NCBI GenBank assembly: GCA_964016885.1
Contig: CAXHJY010001001.1
Location: 62,001-126,000 of the forward strand
DNA length: 64,000 nucleotides
Origin: Eledone cirrhosa
Lineage: Eukaryota
Direction of reading: 5' to 3'
The notes beneath the pieces were generated by a model that made no database searches, was not told the origin of the DNA, and saw only the letters and a list, made by a program, of their open reading frames with translations. Of this stretch, positions 21,334-36,300 are shown in pieces (position 1 is the first letter of the stretch; every line of letters starts with the position of its first letter). The position numbers were made by a program, and so were the translations under genes.

Positions 21334-24300
21334 GTCTCGGACAGAGACCAGCAGCTAGAGGTGTGTTGTCTCGGACAGAGACCAGCAGCTAGAGGTGTGT
21401 TGACTCGGACAGAGACCAGTGGCTAGAGGTGTGTTGACTCGGACAGAGACCAGCGGCTAGAGGTGTGTTGGCTCGGACAGAGACCAGCAGCTAGAGGTGT
21501 GTTGTCTCGGACAGAGACCAGCAGCTAGAGGTGTGTTGACTCGGACAGAGACCAGTGGCTAGAGGTGTGTTGACTCGGACAGAGACCAGCGGCTAGAGGT
21601 GTGTTGGCTCGGACAGAGACCAGCGGCTAGAGGTGTGTTGGCTCGGACAGAGACCAGCAGCTAGAGGTGTGTTGACTCGGACAGAGACCAGCGGCTAGAG
21701 GTGTGTTGGCTCAGACAGAGACCAGCGGCTAGAGGTGTGTTGGCTCAGACAGAGACCAGCGGCTAGAGGTGTGTTGGCTCGGACAGAGACCAGCAGCTAG
21801 AGGTGTGTTGGCTCAGACAGAGACCAGCGGCTAGAGGTGTGTTGGCTCAGACAGAGACCAGCGGCTAGAGGTGTGTTGACTCGGACAGAGACCAGCGGCT
21901 AGAGGTGTGTTGGCTCGGACAGAGACCAGCAGCTAGAGGTGTGTTGGCTCAGACAGAGACCAGCGGCTAGAGGTGTGTTGGCTCAGACAGAGACCAGCGG
22001 CTAGAGGTGTGTTGGCTCGGACAGAGATCAGCAGCTAGAGGTGTGTTGGCTCAGACAGAGACCAGCAGCTAGAGGTGTGTTGGCTCGGACAGAGACCAGC
22101 GGCTAGAGATGTGTTGGCTCGGACAGAGACCAGCGGCTAGAGGTGTGTTGACTCAGACAGAGACCAGCGGCTAGAGGTGTGTTGGCTCAGACAGAGACCA
22201 GCAGCTAGAGGTGTGTTGACTCGGACAGAGACCAGCAGCTAGAGGTGTGTTGGCTCGGACAGAGACCAACGGCTAGAGGTGTGTTGGCTCAGACAGAGAC
22301 CAGTGGCTAGAGGTGTGTTGGCTCGGACAGAGACCAGCGGCTAGAGGTGTGTTGGCTCGGACAGAGACCAGCAGCTAGAGGTGTGTTGACTCGGACAGAG
22401 ACCAGTGGCTAGAGGTGTGTTGACTCGGACAGAGACCAGCGGCTAGAGGTGTGTTGGCTCGGACAGAGACCAGCAGCTAGAGGTGTGTTGTCTCGGACAG
22501 AGACCAGCAGCTAGAGGTGTGTTGACTCGGACAGAGACCAGTGGCTAGAGGTGTGTTGACTCGGACAGAGACCAGCGGCTAGAGGTGTGTTGGCTCGGAC
22601 AGAGACCAGCGGCTAGAGGTGTGTTGGCTCGGACAGAGACCAGCAGCTAGAGGTGTGTTGACTCGGACAGAGACCAGCGGCTAGAGGTGTGTTGGCTCAG
22701 ACAGAGACCAGCGGCTAGAGGTGTGTTGGCTCAGACAGAGACCAGCGGCTAGAGGTGTGTTGGCTCGGACAGAGACCAGCAGCTAGAGGTGTGTTGGCTC
22801 AGACAGAGACCAGCGGCTAGAGGTGTGTTGGCTCAGACAGAGACCAGCGGCTAGAGGTGTGTTGACTCGGACAGAGACCAGCGGCTAGAGGTGTGTTGGC
22901 TCGGACAGAGACCAGCAGCTAGAGGTGTGTTGGCTCAGACAGAGACCAGCGGCTAGAGGTGTGTTGGCTCAGACAGAGACCAGCGGCTAGAGGTGTGTTG
23001 GCTCGGACAGAGATCAGCAGCTAGAGGTGTGTTGGCTCAGACAGAGACCAGCAGCTAGAGGTGTGTTGGCTCGGACAGAGACCAGCGGCTAGAGATGTGT
23101 TGGCTCGGACAGAGACCAGCGGCTAGAGGTGTGTTGACTCAGACAGAGACCAGCGGCTAGAGGTGTGTTGGCTCAGACAGAGACCAGCAGCTAGAGGTGT
23201 GTTGACTCGGACAGAGACCAGCAGCTAGAGGTGTGTTGGCTCGGACAGAGACCAACGGCTAGAGGTGTGTTGGCTCAGACAGAGACCAGTGGCTAGAGGT
23301 GTGTTGGCTCGGACAGAGACCAGCGGCTAGAGGAGTGTTGACTCGGACAGAGACCAGTGGCTAGATGAGTGTTGACTCGGACAGAGACCAGCAGCTAGAG
23401 GTGTGTTGACTCGGACAGAGACCAGCGGCTAGAGGAGTGTTGACTCGGACAGAGACCAGTGGCTAGATGAGTGTTGACTCGGACAGAGACCAGTGGCTAG
23501 AGGTGTGTTGACTCGGACAGAGACCAGCGGCTAGAGGAGTGTTGACTCGGACAGAGACCAGCGGCTAGAGGAGTGTTGACTCGGACAGAGACCAGTGGCT
23601 AGAGGTGTGTTGACTCGGACAGAGGCCAGCAGCTAGAGGTGTGTTGACTCGGACAGAGACCAGCGGCTAGAGGTGTGTTACCTCGGACAGAGACCAGCAG
23701 CTAGAGGTGTGTTGGCTCGGACAGAGACCAGCGGCTAGAGGTGTGTTGGCTCGGACAGAGACCAGTGGCTAGAGGTGTGTTGGCTCGGACAGAGACCAGT
23801 GTAGAGGAGTGTTGACTCGGACAGAGACCAGTGGCTAGAGGTGTGTTGGCTCGGACAGAGACCAGCGGCTAGAGGTGTGTCGGCTCGGACAGAGACCAGC
23901 GGCTAGAGGTGTGTCGGCTCGGACAGAGACCAGCGGCTAGAGGTGTGTTGGCTCGGACAGAGACCAGCAGCTAGAGGAGTGTTGGCTCGGACAGAGACCA
24001 GTGGCTAGAGGTGTGTTGGCTCGGACAGAGACCAGCGGCTAGAGGTGTGTTCGCTCGGACAGAGACCAGTGTAGAGGTGTGTTGGCTCGGACAGAGACCA
24101 GCAGCTAGAGGTGTGTTGGCTCGGACAGAGACCAGTGTTGAGGAGTGTTGGCTCGGACAAAGACCAGTGGCTAGAGGTGTGTTGGCTCGGACAGAGACCA
24201 GTGGCTAGAGGAGTGTTGGCTCGGACAGAGACCAGTGGCTAGAGGTGTATTGGCTCGGACAGAGACCAGTGGCTAGAGGTGTGTTGGCTTGGACAGAGAC

Positions 24301-27300
24301 AAGTGGCTAGAGGTGTGTTGGCTCGGACAGAGACCAGCGGCTAGAGGTGTGTTGGCTCGGACAGAGACCAGTGGCTAGAGGTGTGTTGGCTCGGACAGAG
24401 ACCAGTGGCTAGAGGTGTGTTGGCTCGGACAGAGACCAGTGGCTAGAGGTGTGTTGGCTCGGACAGAGACCAGCGGCTAGAGGTGTGTTGGCTCGGACAG
24501 AGACCAGTGGCTAGAGGTGTGTTGGCTCGGACAGAGACCAGCAGCTAGAGGAGTGTTGGCTCGGACAGAGACCAGCAGCTAGAGGTGTGTTGACTCGGAC
24601 AGAGACCAGTGGCTAGAGGTGTGTTGGCTCGGACAGAGACCAGCAGCTAGAGGTGTGTTGGCTCAGACAGAGACCAGCAGCTAGAGGTGTGTTGGCTCGG
24701 ACAGAGACCAACGGCTAGAGGTGTGTTGGCTCAGACAGAGACCAGCAGCTAGAGGTGTGTTGGCTCGGACAGAGACCAGCAGCTAGAGGTGTGTTGGCTC
24801 AGACAGAGACCAGCAGCTAGAGGTGTGTTGGCTCAGACAGAGACCAGCAGCTAGAGGTGTGTTGGCTCGGACAGAGACCAACGGCTAGAGGTGTGTTGGC
24901 TCAGACAGAGACCAGCGGCTAGAGGTGTGTTGGCTCAGACAGAGACCAGTGGCTAAAGGTGTGTTGGCTCAGACAGAGACCAGCGGCTAGAGGTGTGTTG
25001 GCTCGGACAGAGACCAGCAGCTAGAGGTGTGTTGGCTCAGACAGAGACCAGCAGCTAGAGGTGTGTTGGCTCGGACAGAGACCAGCAGCTAGAGGTGTGT
25101 TGGCTCGGACAGAGACCAGCGGCTAGAGGTGTGTTGGCTCGGACAGAGACCAACGGCTAGAGGTGTGTTGGCTCAGACAGAGACCAGCAGCTAGAGGTGT
25201 GTTGGCTCGGACAGAGACCAGCGGCTAGAGGTGTGTTGGCTCGGACAGAGACCAACGGCTAGAGGAGTGTTGGCTCGGACAGAGACCAGCAGCTAGAGGT
25301 GTGTTGGCTCAGACAGAGACCAGCGGCTAGAGGTGTGTTGGCTCAGACAGAGACCAGCAGCTAGAGGTGTGTTGGCTCAGACAGAGACCAGCGGCTAGAG
25401 ATGTGTTGGCTCGGACAGAGACCAGCGGCTAGAGGTGTGTTGACTCGGACAGAGACCAGCGGCTAGAGGTGTGTTGGCTCGGACAGAGACCAGCGGCTAG
25501 AGGGGTGTTGGCTCGGACAGAGACCAGCAGCTAGAGGTGTGTTGGCTCGGACAGAGACCAGCAGCTAGAGGTGTGTTGGCTCGGACAGAGACCAGCAGCT
25601 AGAGGTGTGTTGGCTCGGACAGAGACCAGCAGCTAGAGGTGTGTTGGCTCGGACAGAGACCAGCGGCTAGAGGTGTGTTGGCTCGGACAGAGACCAACGG
25701 CTAGAGGTGTGTTGGCTCGGACAGAGACCAGCAGCTAGAGGTGTGTTGCCTCGGACAGAGACCAGCAGCTAGAGGTGTGTTGGCTCGGACACAGACCAGC
25801 AGCTAGAGGTGTGTTGGCTCGGACAGAGACCAGCAGCTAGAGGTGTGTTGGCTCGGACAGAGACCAGCAGCTAGAGGTGTGTTGGCTCGGACAGAGACCA
25901 GTGGCTAGAGGTGTGTTGACTCGGACAGAGACCAGCGGCTAGAGGTGTGTTGGCTCAGACAGAGACCAGCGGCTAGAGGTGTGTTGGCTCAGACAGAGAT
26001 CAGCGGCTAGAGGTGTTTTGGCTCGGACAGAGACCAGCAGCTAGAGGTGTGTTGGCTCAGACAGAGACCAGCGGCTAGAGGTGTGTTGGCTCAGACAGAG
26101 ACCAGCGGCTAGAGGTGTGTTGACTCGGACAGAGACCAGCGGCTAGAGGTGTGTTGGCTTGGACAGAGACCAGCAGCTAGAGGTGTGTTGGCTCAGACAG
26201 AGACCAGCGGCTAGAGGTGTGTTGGCTCAGACAGAGACCAGCGGCTAGAGGTGTGTTGGCTCGGACAGAGATCAGCAGCTAGAGGTGTGTTGGCTCAGAC
26301 AGAGACCAGCAGCTAGAGGTGTGTTGGCTCGGACAGAGACCAGCGGCTAGAGATGTGTTGGCTCGGACAGTGACCAGCGGCTAGAGGTGTGTTGACTCAG
26401 ACAGAGACCAGCGGCTAGAGGTGTGTTGGCTCAGACAGAGACCAGCAGCTAGAGGTGTGTTGACTCGGACAGAGACCAGCAGCTAGAGGTGTGTTGGCTC
26501 GGACAGAGACCAACGGCTAGAGGTGTGTTGGCTCAGACAGAGACCAGTGGCTAGAGGTGTGTTGGCTCGGACAGAGACCAGCGGCTAGAGGAGTGTTGCC
26601 TCGGACAGAGACCAGTGGCTAGATGAGTGTTGACTCGGACAGAGACCAGCAGCTAGAGGTGTGTTGACTCGGACAGAGACCAGCGGCTAGAGGAGTGTTG
26701 ACTCGGACAGAGACCAGTGGCTAGATGAGTGTTGACTCGGACAGAGATCAGTGGCTAGAGGTGTGTTGACTCGGACAGAGACCAGCGGCTAGAGGAGTGT
26801 TGACTCGGACAGAGACCAGCGGCTAGAGGAGTGTTGACGCGGACAGAGACCAGTGGCTAGAGGTGTGTTGACTCGGACAGAGGCCAGCAGCTAGAGGTGT
26901 GTTGACTCGGACAGAGACCAGCGGCTAGAGGTGTGTTGGCTCGGACAGAGACCAGCGGCTAGAGGTGTGTTGGCTCGGACAGAGACCAACGGCTAGAGGT
27001 GTGTTGGCTCGGACAGAGACCAGCGGCTAGAGGTGTGTTGGCTCGGACAGAGACCAACGGCTAGAGGTGTGTTGGCTCGGACAGAGACCAGCAGCTAGAG
27101 GTGTGTTGCCTCGGACAGAGACCAGCAGCTAGAGGTGTGTTGGCTCGGACACAGACCAGCAGCTAGAGGTGTGTTGGCTCGGACAGAGACCAGCAGCTAG
27201 AGGTGTGTTGGCTCGGACAGAGACCAGCAGCTAGAGGTGTGTTGGCTCGGACAGAGACCAGTGGCTAGAGGTGTGTTGACTCGGACAGAGACCAGCGGCT

Positions 27301-30300
27301 AGAGGTGTGTTGGCTCAGACAGAGACCAGCGGCTAGAGGTGTGTTGGCTCAGACAGAGATCAGCGGCTAGAGGTGTTTTGGCTCGGACAGAGACCAGCAG
27401 CTAGAGGTGTGTTGGCTCAGACAGAGACCAGCGGCTAGAGGTGTGTTGGCTCAGACAGAGACCAGCGGCTAGAGGTGTGTTGACTCGGACAGAGACCAGC
27501 GGCTAGAGGTGTGTTGGCTTGGACAGAGACCAGCAGCTAGAGGTGTGTTGGCTCAGACAGAGACCAGCGGCTAGAGGTGTGTTGGCTCAGACAGAGACCA
27601 GCGGCTAGAGGTGTGTTGGCTCGGACAGAGATCAGCAGCTAGAGGTGTGTTGGCTCAGACAGAGACCAGCAGCTAGAGGTGTGTTGGCTCGGACAGAGAC
27701 CAGCGGCTAGAGATGTGTTGGCTCGGACAGTGACCAGCGGCTAGAGGTGTGTTGACTCAGACAGAGACCAGCGGCTAGAGGTGTGTTGGCTCAGACAGAG
27801 ACCAGCAGCTAGAGGTGTGTTGACTCGGACAGAGACCAGCAGCTAGAGGTGTGTTGGCTCGGACAGAGACCAACGGCTAGAGGTGTGTTGGCTCAGACAG
27901 AGACCAGTGGCTAGAGGTGTGTTGGCTCGGACAGAGACCAGCGGCTAGAGGAGTGTTGCCTCGGACAGAGACCAGTGGCTAGATGAGTGTTGACTCGGAC
28001 AGAGACCAGCAGCTAGAGGTGTGTTGACTCGGACAGAGACCAGCGGCTAGAGGAGTGTTGACTCGGACAGAGACCAGTGGCTAGATGAGTGTTGACTCGG
28101 ACAGAGATCAGTGGCTAGAGGTGTGTTGACTCGGACAGAGACCAGCGGCTAGAGGAGTGTTGACTCGGACAGAGACCAGCGGCTAGAGGAGTGTTGACTC
28201 GGACAGAGACCAGTGGCTAGAGGTGTGTTGACTCGGACAGAGGCCAGCAGCTAGAGGTGTGTTGACTCGGACAGAGACCAGCGGCTAGAGGTGTGTTACC
28301 TCGGACAGAGACCAGCAGCTAGAGGTGTGTTGGCTCGGACAGAGACCAGCGGCTAGAGGTGTGTTGGCTCGGACAGAGACCAGTGGCTAGAGGTGTGTTG
28401 GCTCGGACAGAGACCAGTGTAGAGGAGTGTTGACTCGGACAGAGACCAGTGGCTAGAGGTGTGTTGGCTCGGACAGAGACCAGCGGCTAGAGGTGTGTTG
28501 GCTCGGACAGAGACCAGCAGCTAGAGGTGTGTTGGCTCAGACAGAGACCAGCAGCTAGAGGTGTGTTGGCTCAGACAGAGACCAGCAGCTAGAGGTGTGT
28601 TGGCTCGGACAGAGACCAACGGCTAGAGGTGTGTTGGCTCAGACAGAGACCAGCGGCTAGAGGTGTGTTGGCTCAGACAGAGACCAGTGGCTAAAGGTGT
28701 GTTGGCTCAGACAGAGACCAGCGGCTAGAGGTGTGTTGGCTCGGACAGAGACCAGCAGCTAGAGGTGTGTTGGCTCAGACAGAGACCAGCAGCTAGAGGT
28801 GTGTTGGCTCGGACAGAGACCAGGAGCTAGAGGTGTGTTGGCTCGGACAGAGACCAGCGGCTAGAGGTGTGTTGGCTCGGACAGAGACCAACGGCTAGAG
28901 GTGTGTTGGCTCAGACAGAGACCAGCAGCTAGAGGTGTGTTGGCTCGGACAGAGACCAGCGGCTAGAGGTGTGTTGGCTCGGACAGAGACCAACGGCTAG
29001 AGGAGTGTTGGCTCGGACAGAGACCAGCAGCTAGAGGTGTGTTGGCTCAGACAGAGACCAGCGGCTAGAGGTGTGTTGGCTCAGACAGAGACCAGCAGCT
29101 AGAGGTGTGTTGGCTCAGACAGAGACCAGCGGCTAGAGGTGTGTTGACTCGGACAGAGACCAGCGGCTAGAGGTGTGTTGGCTCGGACAGAGACCAGCGG
29201 CTAGAGGGGTGTTGGCTCGGACAGAGACCAGCAGCTAGAGGTGTGTTGGCTCGGACAGAGACCAGCAGCTAGAGGTGTGTTGGCTCGGACAGAGACCAGC
29301 AGCTAGAGGTGTGTTGGCTCGGACAGAGACCAGCAGCTAGAGGTGTGTTGGCTCGGACAGAGACCAGCGGCTAGAGGTGTGTTGGCTCGGACAGAGACCA
29401 ACGGCTAGAGGTGTGTTGGCTCGGACAGAGACCAGCAGCTAGAGGTGTGTTGCCTCGGACAGAGACCAGCAGCTAGAGGTGTGTTGGCTCGGACACAGAC
29501 CAGCAGCTAGAGGTGTGTTGGCTCGGACAGAGACCAGCAGCTAGAGGTGTGTTGGCTCGGACAGAGACCAGCAGCTAGAGGTGTGTTGGCTCGGACAGAG
29601 ACCAGTGGCTAGAGGTGTGTTGACTCGGACAGAGACCAGCGGCTAGAGGTGTGTTGGCTCAGACAGAGACCAGCGGCTAGAGGTGTGTTGGCTCAGACAG
29701 AGATCAGCGGCTAGAGGTGTGTTGGCTCGGACAGAGACCAGCAGCTAGAGGTGTGTTGGCTCAGACAGAGACCAGCGGCTAGAGGTGTGTTGGCTCAGAC
29801 AGAGACCAGCGGCTAGAGGTGTGTTGACTCGGACAGAGACCAGCGGCTAGAGGTGTGTTGGCTTGGACAGAGACCAGCAGCTAGAGGTGTGTTGGCTCAG
29901 ACAGAGACCAGCGGCTAGAGGTGTGTTGGCTCGGACAGAGACCAGCGGCTAGAGATGTGTTGGCTCGGACAGAGACCAGCGGCTAGAGGTGTGTTGACTC
30001 AGACAGAGACCAGCGGCTAGAGGTGTGTTGGCTCAGACTGAGACCAGCAGCTAGAGGTGTGTTGACTCGGACAGAGACCAGCAGCTAGAGGTGTGTTGGC
30101 TCGGACAGAGACCAACGGCTAGAGGTGTGTTGGCTCAGACAGAGACCAGTGGCTAGAGGTGTGTTGGCTCGGACAGAGACCAGCGGCTAGAGGAGTGTTG
30201 CCTCGGACAGAGACCAGTGGCTAGATAAGTGTTGACTCGGACAGAGACCAGCAGCTAGAGGTGTGTTGACTCGGACAGAGACCAGCGGCTAGAGGAGTGT

Positions 30301-33300
30301 TGACTCGGACAGAGACCAGTGGCTAGATGAGTGTTGACTCGGACAGAGACCAGTGGCTAGAGGTGTGTTGACTCGGACAGAGACCAGCGGCTAGAGGAGT
30401 GTTGACTCGGACAGAGACCAGCGGCTAGAGGAGTGTTGACTCGGACAGAGACCAGTGGCTAGAGGTGTGTTGACTCGGACAGAGGCCAGCAGCTAGAGGT
30501 GTGTTGACTCGGACAGAGACCAGCGGCTAGAGGTGTGTTACCTCGGACAGAGACCAGCAGCTAGAGGTGTGTTGGCTCGGATAGAGACCAGCGGCTAGAG
30601 GTGTGTTGGCTCGGACAGAGACCAGTGGCTAGAGGTGTGTTGGCTCGGACAGAGACCAGTGTAGAGGAGTGTTGACTCGGACAGAGACCAGTGGCTAGAG
30701 GTGTGTTGGCTCGGACAGAGACCAGCGGCTAGAGGTGTGCCGGCTCGGACAGAGACCAGCGGCTAGAGGTGTGTCGGCTCGGACAGAGACCAGCGGCTAG
30801 AGGTGTGTTGGCTCGGACAGAGACCAGCAGCTAGAGGAGTGTTGGCTCGGACAGAGACCAGTGGCTAGAGGTGTGTTGGCTCGGACAGAGACCAGCGGCT
30901 AGAGGTGTGTTCGCTCGGACAGAGACCAGTGTAGAGGTGTGTTGGCTCGGACAGAGACCAGCAGCTAGAGGTGTGTTGGCTCGGACAGAGACCAGTGTAG
31001 AGGAGTGTTGGCTCGGACAGAGACCAGTGGCTAGAGGTGTGTTGGCTCGGACAGAGACCAGTGGCTAGAGGAGTGTTGGCTCGGACAGAGACCAGTGGCT
31101 AGAGGTGTATTGGCTCAGACAGAGACCAGCGGCTAGAGGTGTGTTGGCTCAGACAGAGACCAGCAGCTAGAGGTGTGTTGACTCGGACAGAGACCAGCAG
31201 CTAGAGGTGTGTTGGCTCGGACAGAGACCAACGGCTAGAGGTGTGTTGGCTCAGACAGAGACCAGTGGCTAGAGGTGTGTTGGCTCGGACAGAGACCAGC
31301 GGCTAGAGGAGTGTTGACTCGGACAGAGACCAGTGGCTAGATGAGTGTTGACTCGGACAGAGACCAGCAGCTAGAGGTGTGTTGACTCGGACAGAGACCA
31401 GCGGCTAGAGGAGTGTTGACTCGGACAGAGACCAGTGGCTAGATGAGTGTTGACTCGGACAGAGACCAGTGGCTAGAGGTGTGTTGACTCGGACAGAGAC
31501 CAGCGGCTAGAGGAGTGTTGACTCGGACAGAGACCAGCGGCTAGAGGAGTGTTGACTCGGACAGAGACCAGTGGCTAGAGGTGTGTTGACTCGGACAGAG
31601 GCCAGCAGCTAGAGGTGTGTTGACTCGGACAGAGACCAGCGGCTAGAGGTGTGTTACCTCGGACAGAGACCAGCAGCTAGAGGTGTGTTGGCTCGGACAG
31701 AGACCAGCGGCTAGATGTGTGTTGGCTCGGACAGAGACCAGTGGCTAGAGGTGTGTTGGCTCGGACAGAGACCAGTGTAGAGGAGTGTTGACTCGGACAG
31801 AGACCAGTGGCTAGAGGTGTGTTGGCTCGGACAGAGACCAGCGGCTAGAGGTGTGTCGGCTCGGACAGAGACCAGCGGCTAGAGGTGTGTCGGCTCGGAC
31901 AGAGACCAGCGGCTAGAGGTGTGTTGGCTCGGACAGAGACCAGCAGCTAGAGGAGTGTTGGCTCGGACAGAGACCAGTGGCTAGAGGTGTGTTGGCTCGG
32001 ACAGAGACCAGCGGCTAGAGGTGTGTTGGCTCGGACAGAGACCAGTGGCTAGAGGTGTGTTGGCTCGGACCGTGACCAGTGTAGAGGAGTGTTGGCTCGG
32101 ACAGAGACCAGTGGCTAGAGGTGTGTTGGCTCGGACAGAGACCAGTGGCTAGAGGAGTGTTGGCTCGGACAGAGACCAGTGGCTAGAGGTGTATTGGCTC
32201 GGACAGAGACCAGTGGCTAGAGGTGTGTTGGCTTGGACAGAGACCAGTGGCTAGAGGTGTGTTGGCTCGGACAGAGACCAGCGGCTAGAGGTGTGTTGGC
32301 TCGGACAGAGACCAGTGGCTAGAGGTGTGTTGGCTCGGACAGAGACCAGTGGCTAGAGGTGTGTTGGCTCGGACAGAGACCAGTGGCTAGAGGTGTGTTG
32401 GCTCGGACAGAGACCAGCGGCTAGAGGTGTGTTGGCTCGGACAGAGACCAGTGGCTAGAGGTGTGTTGGCTCGGACAGAGACCAGCAGCTAGAGGAGTGT
32501 TGGCTCGGACAGAGACCAGCAGCTAGAGGTGTGTTGACTCGGACAGAGACCAGTGGCTAGAGGTGTGTTGGCTCGGACAGAGACCAGCAGCTAGAGGTGT
32601 GTTGGCTCAGACAGAGACCAGCAGCTAGAGGTGTGTTGGCTCGGACAGAGACCAACGGCTAGAGGTGTGTTGGCTCAGACAGAGACCAGCAGCTAGAGGT
32701 GTGTTGGCTCGGACAGAGACCAGCAGCTAGAGGTGTGTTGGCTCAGACAGAGACCAGCAGCTAGAGGTGTGTTGGCTCAGACAGAGACCAGCAGCTAGAG
32801 GTGTGTTGGCTCGGACAGAGACCAACGGCTAGAGGTGTGTTGGCTCAGGCAGAGACCAGCGGCTAGAGGTGTGTTGGCTCAGACAGAGACCAGTGGCTAA
32901 AGGTGTGTTGGCTCAGACAGAGACCAGCGGCTAGAGGTGTGTTGGCTCAGACAGAGACCAGCGGCTAGAGGTGTGTTGGCTCGGACAGAGACCAGCAGCT
33001 AGAGGTGTGTTGGCTCAGACAGAGACCAGCAGCTAGAGGTGTGTTGGCTCGGACAGAGACCAGCGGCTAGAGGTGTGTTGGCTCGGACAGAGACCAACGG
33101 CTAGAGGTGTGTTGGCTCAGACAGAGACCAGCAGCTAGAGGTGTGTTGGCTCGGACAGAGACCAGCGGCTAGAGGTGTGTTGGCTCGGACAGAGACCAAC
33201 GGCTAGAGGAGTGTTGGCTCGGACAGAGACCAGCAGCTAGAGGTGTGTTGGCTCAGACAGAGACCAGCGGCTAGAGGTGTGTTGGCTCAGACAGAGACCA

Positions 33301-36300
33301 GCAGCTAGAGGTGTGTTGGCTCAGACAGAGACCAGCGGCTAGAGATGTGTTGGCTCGGACAGAGACCAGCGGCTAGAGGTGTGTTGACTCGGACAGAGAC
33401 CAGCGGCTAGAGGTGTGTTGGCTCGGACAGAGACCAGCGGCTAGAGGGGTGTTGGCTCGGACAGAGACCAGCAGCTAGAGGTGTGTTGGCTCGGACAGAG
33501 ACCAGCAGCTAGAGGTGTGTTGGCTCGGACAGAGACCAGCAGCAAGAGGTGTGTTGGCTCGGACAGAGACCAGCAGCTAGAGGTGTGTTGGCTCGGACAG
33601 AGACCAGCGGCTAGAGGTGTGTTGGCTCGGACAGAGACCAACGGCTAGAGGTGTGTTGGCTCGGACAGAGACCAGCAGCTAGAGGTGTGTTGGCTCGGAC
33701 AGAGACCAGCAGCTAGAGGTGTGTTGGCTCGGACAGAGACCAGCAGCTAGAGGTGTGTTGGCTCGGACAGAGACCAGTGGCTAGAGGTGTGTTGACTCGG
33801 ACAGAGACCAGCGGCTAGAGGTGTGTTGGCTCGGACAGAGACCAGCGGCTAGAGGTGTGTTAGCTCGGACAGAGACCAGCAGCTAGAGGTGTGTTGACTC
33901 GGACAGAGACCAGCGGCTAGAGGTGTGTTGGCTCAGACAGAGACCAGCGGCTAGAGGTGTGTTGGCTCAGACAGAGATCAGCGGCTAGAGGTGTGTTGGC
34001 TCGGACAGAGACCAGCAGCTAGAGGTGTGTTGGCTCAGACAGAGACCAGCGGCTAGAGGTGTGTTGGCTCAGACAGAGACCAGCGGCTAGAGGTGTGTTG
34101 ACTCGGACAGAGACCAGCGGCTAGAGGTGTGTTGGCTCGGACAGAGACCAGCAGCTAGAGGTGTGTTGGCTCAGACAGAGACCAGCGGCTAGAGGTGTGT
34201 TGGCTCAGACAGAGACCAGCGGCTAGAGGTGTGTTGGCTCGGACAGAGATCAGCAGCTAGAGGTGTGTTGGCTCAGACAGAGACCAGCAGCTAGAGGTGT
34301 GTTGGCTCGGACAGAGACCAGCGGCTAGAGATGTGTTGGCTCGGACAGAGACCAGCGGCTAGAGGTGTGTTGACTCAGACAGAGACCTGAGGCTAGAGGT
34401 GTGTTGGCTCAGACAGAGACCAGCAGCTAGAGGTGTGTTGACTCGGACAGAGACCAGCAGCTAGAGGTGTGTTGGCTCGGACAGAGACCAACGGCTAGAG
34501 GTGTGTTGGCTCAGACAGAGACCAGTGGCTAGAGGTGTGTTGGCTCGGACAGAGACCAGCGGCTAGAGGAGTGTTGCCTCGGACAGAGACCAGTGGCTAG
34601 ATGAGTGTTGACTCGGACAGAGACCAGCAGCTAGAGGTGTGTTGACTCGGACAGAGACCAGCGGCTAGAGGAGTGTTGACTCGGACAGAGACCAGTGGCT
34701 AGATGAGTGTTGACTCGGACAGAGACCAGTGGCTAGAGGTGTGTTGACTCGGACAGAGACCAGCGGCTAGAGGAGTGTTGACTCGGACAGAGACCAGCGG
34801 CTAGAGGAGTGTTGACTCGGACAGAGACCAGTGGCTAGAGGTGTGTTGACTCGGACAGAGGCCAGCAGCTAGAGGTGTGTTGACTCGGACAGAGACCAGC
34901 GGCTAGAGGTGTGTTGGCTCAGACAGAGACCAGCGGCTAGAGGTGTGTTGGCTCAGACAGAGATCAGCGGCTAGAGGTGTTTTGGCTCGGACAGAGACCA
35001 GCAGCTAGAGGTGTGTTGGCTCAGACAGAGACCAGCGGCTAGAGGTGTGTTGGCTCAGACAGAGACCAGCGGCTAGAGGTGTGTTGACTCGGACAGAGAC
35101 CAGCGGCTAGAGGTGTGTTGGCTTGGACAGAGACCAGCAGCTAGAGGTGTGTTGGCTCAGACAGAGACCAGCGGCTAGAGGTGTGTTGGCTCAGACAGAG
35201 ACCAGCGGCTAGAGGTGTGTTGGCTCGGACAGAGATCAGCAGCTAGAGGTGTGTTGGCTCAGACAGAGACCAGCAGCTAGAGGTGTGTTGGCTCGGACAG
35301 AGACCAGCGGCTAGAGATGTGTTGGCTCGGACAGTGACCAGCGGCTAGAGGTGTGTTGACTCAGACAGAGACCAGCGGCTAGAGGTGTGTTGGCTCAGAC
35401 AGAGACCAGCAGCTAGAGGTGTGTTGACTCGGACAGAGACCAGCAGCTAGAGGTGTGTTGGCTCGGACAGAGACCAACGGCTAGAGGTGTGTTGGCTCAG
35501 ACAGAGACCAGTGGCTAGAGGTGTGTTGGCTCGGACAGAGACCAGCGGCTAGAGGAGTGTTGCCTCGGACAGAGACCAGTGGCTAGATGAGTGTTGACTC
35601 GGACAGAGACCAGCAGCTAGAGGTGTGTTGACTCGGACAGAGACCAGCGGCTAGAGGAGTGTTGACTCGGACAGAGACCAGTGGCTAGATGAGTGTTGAC
35701 TCGGACAGAGATCAGTGGCTAGAGGTGTGTTGACTCGGACAGAGACCAGCGGCTAGAGGAGTGTTGACTCGGACAGAGACCAGCGGCTAGAGGAGTGTTG
35801 ACTCGGACAGAGACCAGTGGCTAGAGGTGTGTTACCTCGGACAGAGACCAGCAGCTAGAGGTGTGTTGGCTCGGACAGAGACCAGCGGCTAGAGGTGTGT
35901 TGGCTCGGACAGAGACCAGTGGCTAGAGGTGTGTTGGCTCGGACAGAGACCAGTGTAGAGGAGTGTTGACTCGGACAGAGACCAGTGGCTAGAGGTGTGT
36001 TGGCTCGGACAGAGACCAGCGGCTAGAGGTGTGTTGGCTCGGACAGAGACCAGCAGCTAGAGGTGTGTTGGCTCAGACAGAGACCAGCAGCTAGAGGTGT
36101 GTTGGCTCAGACAGAGACCAGCAGCTAGAGGTGTGTTGGCTCGGACAGAGACCAGCGGCTAGAGGTGTGTTGGCTCAGACAGAGACCAGCGGCTAGAGGT
36201 GTGTTGGCTCAGACAGAGACCAGTGGCTAAAGGTGTGTTGGCTCAGACAGAGACCAGCGGCTAGAGGTGTGTTGGCTCGGACAGAGACCAGCAGCTAGAG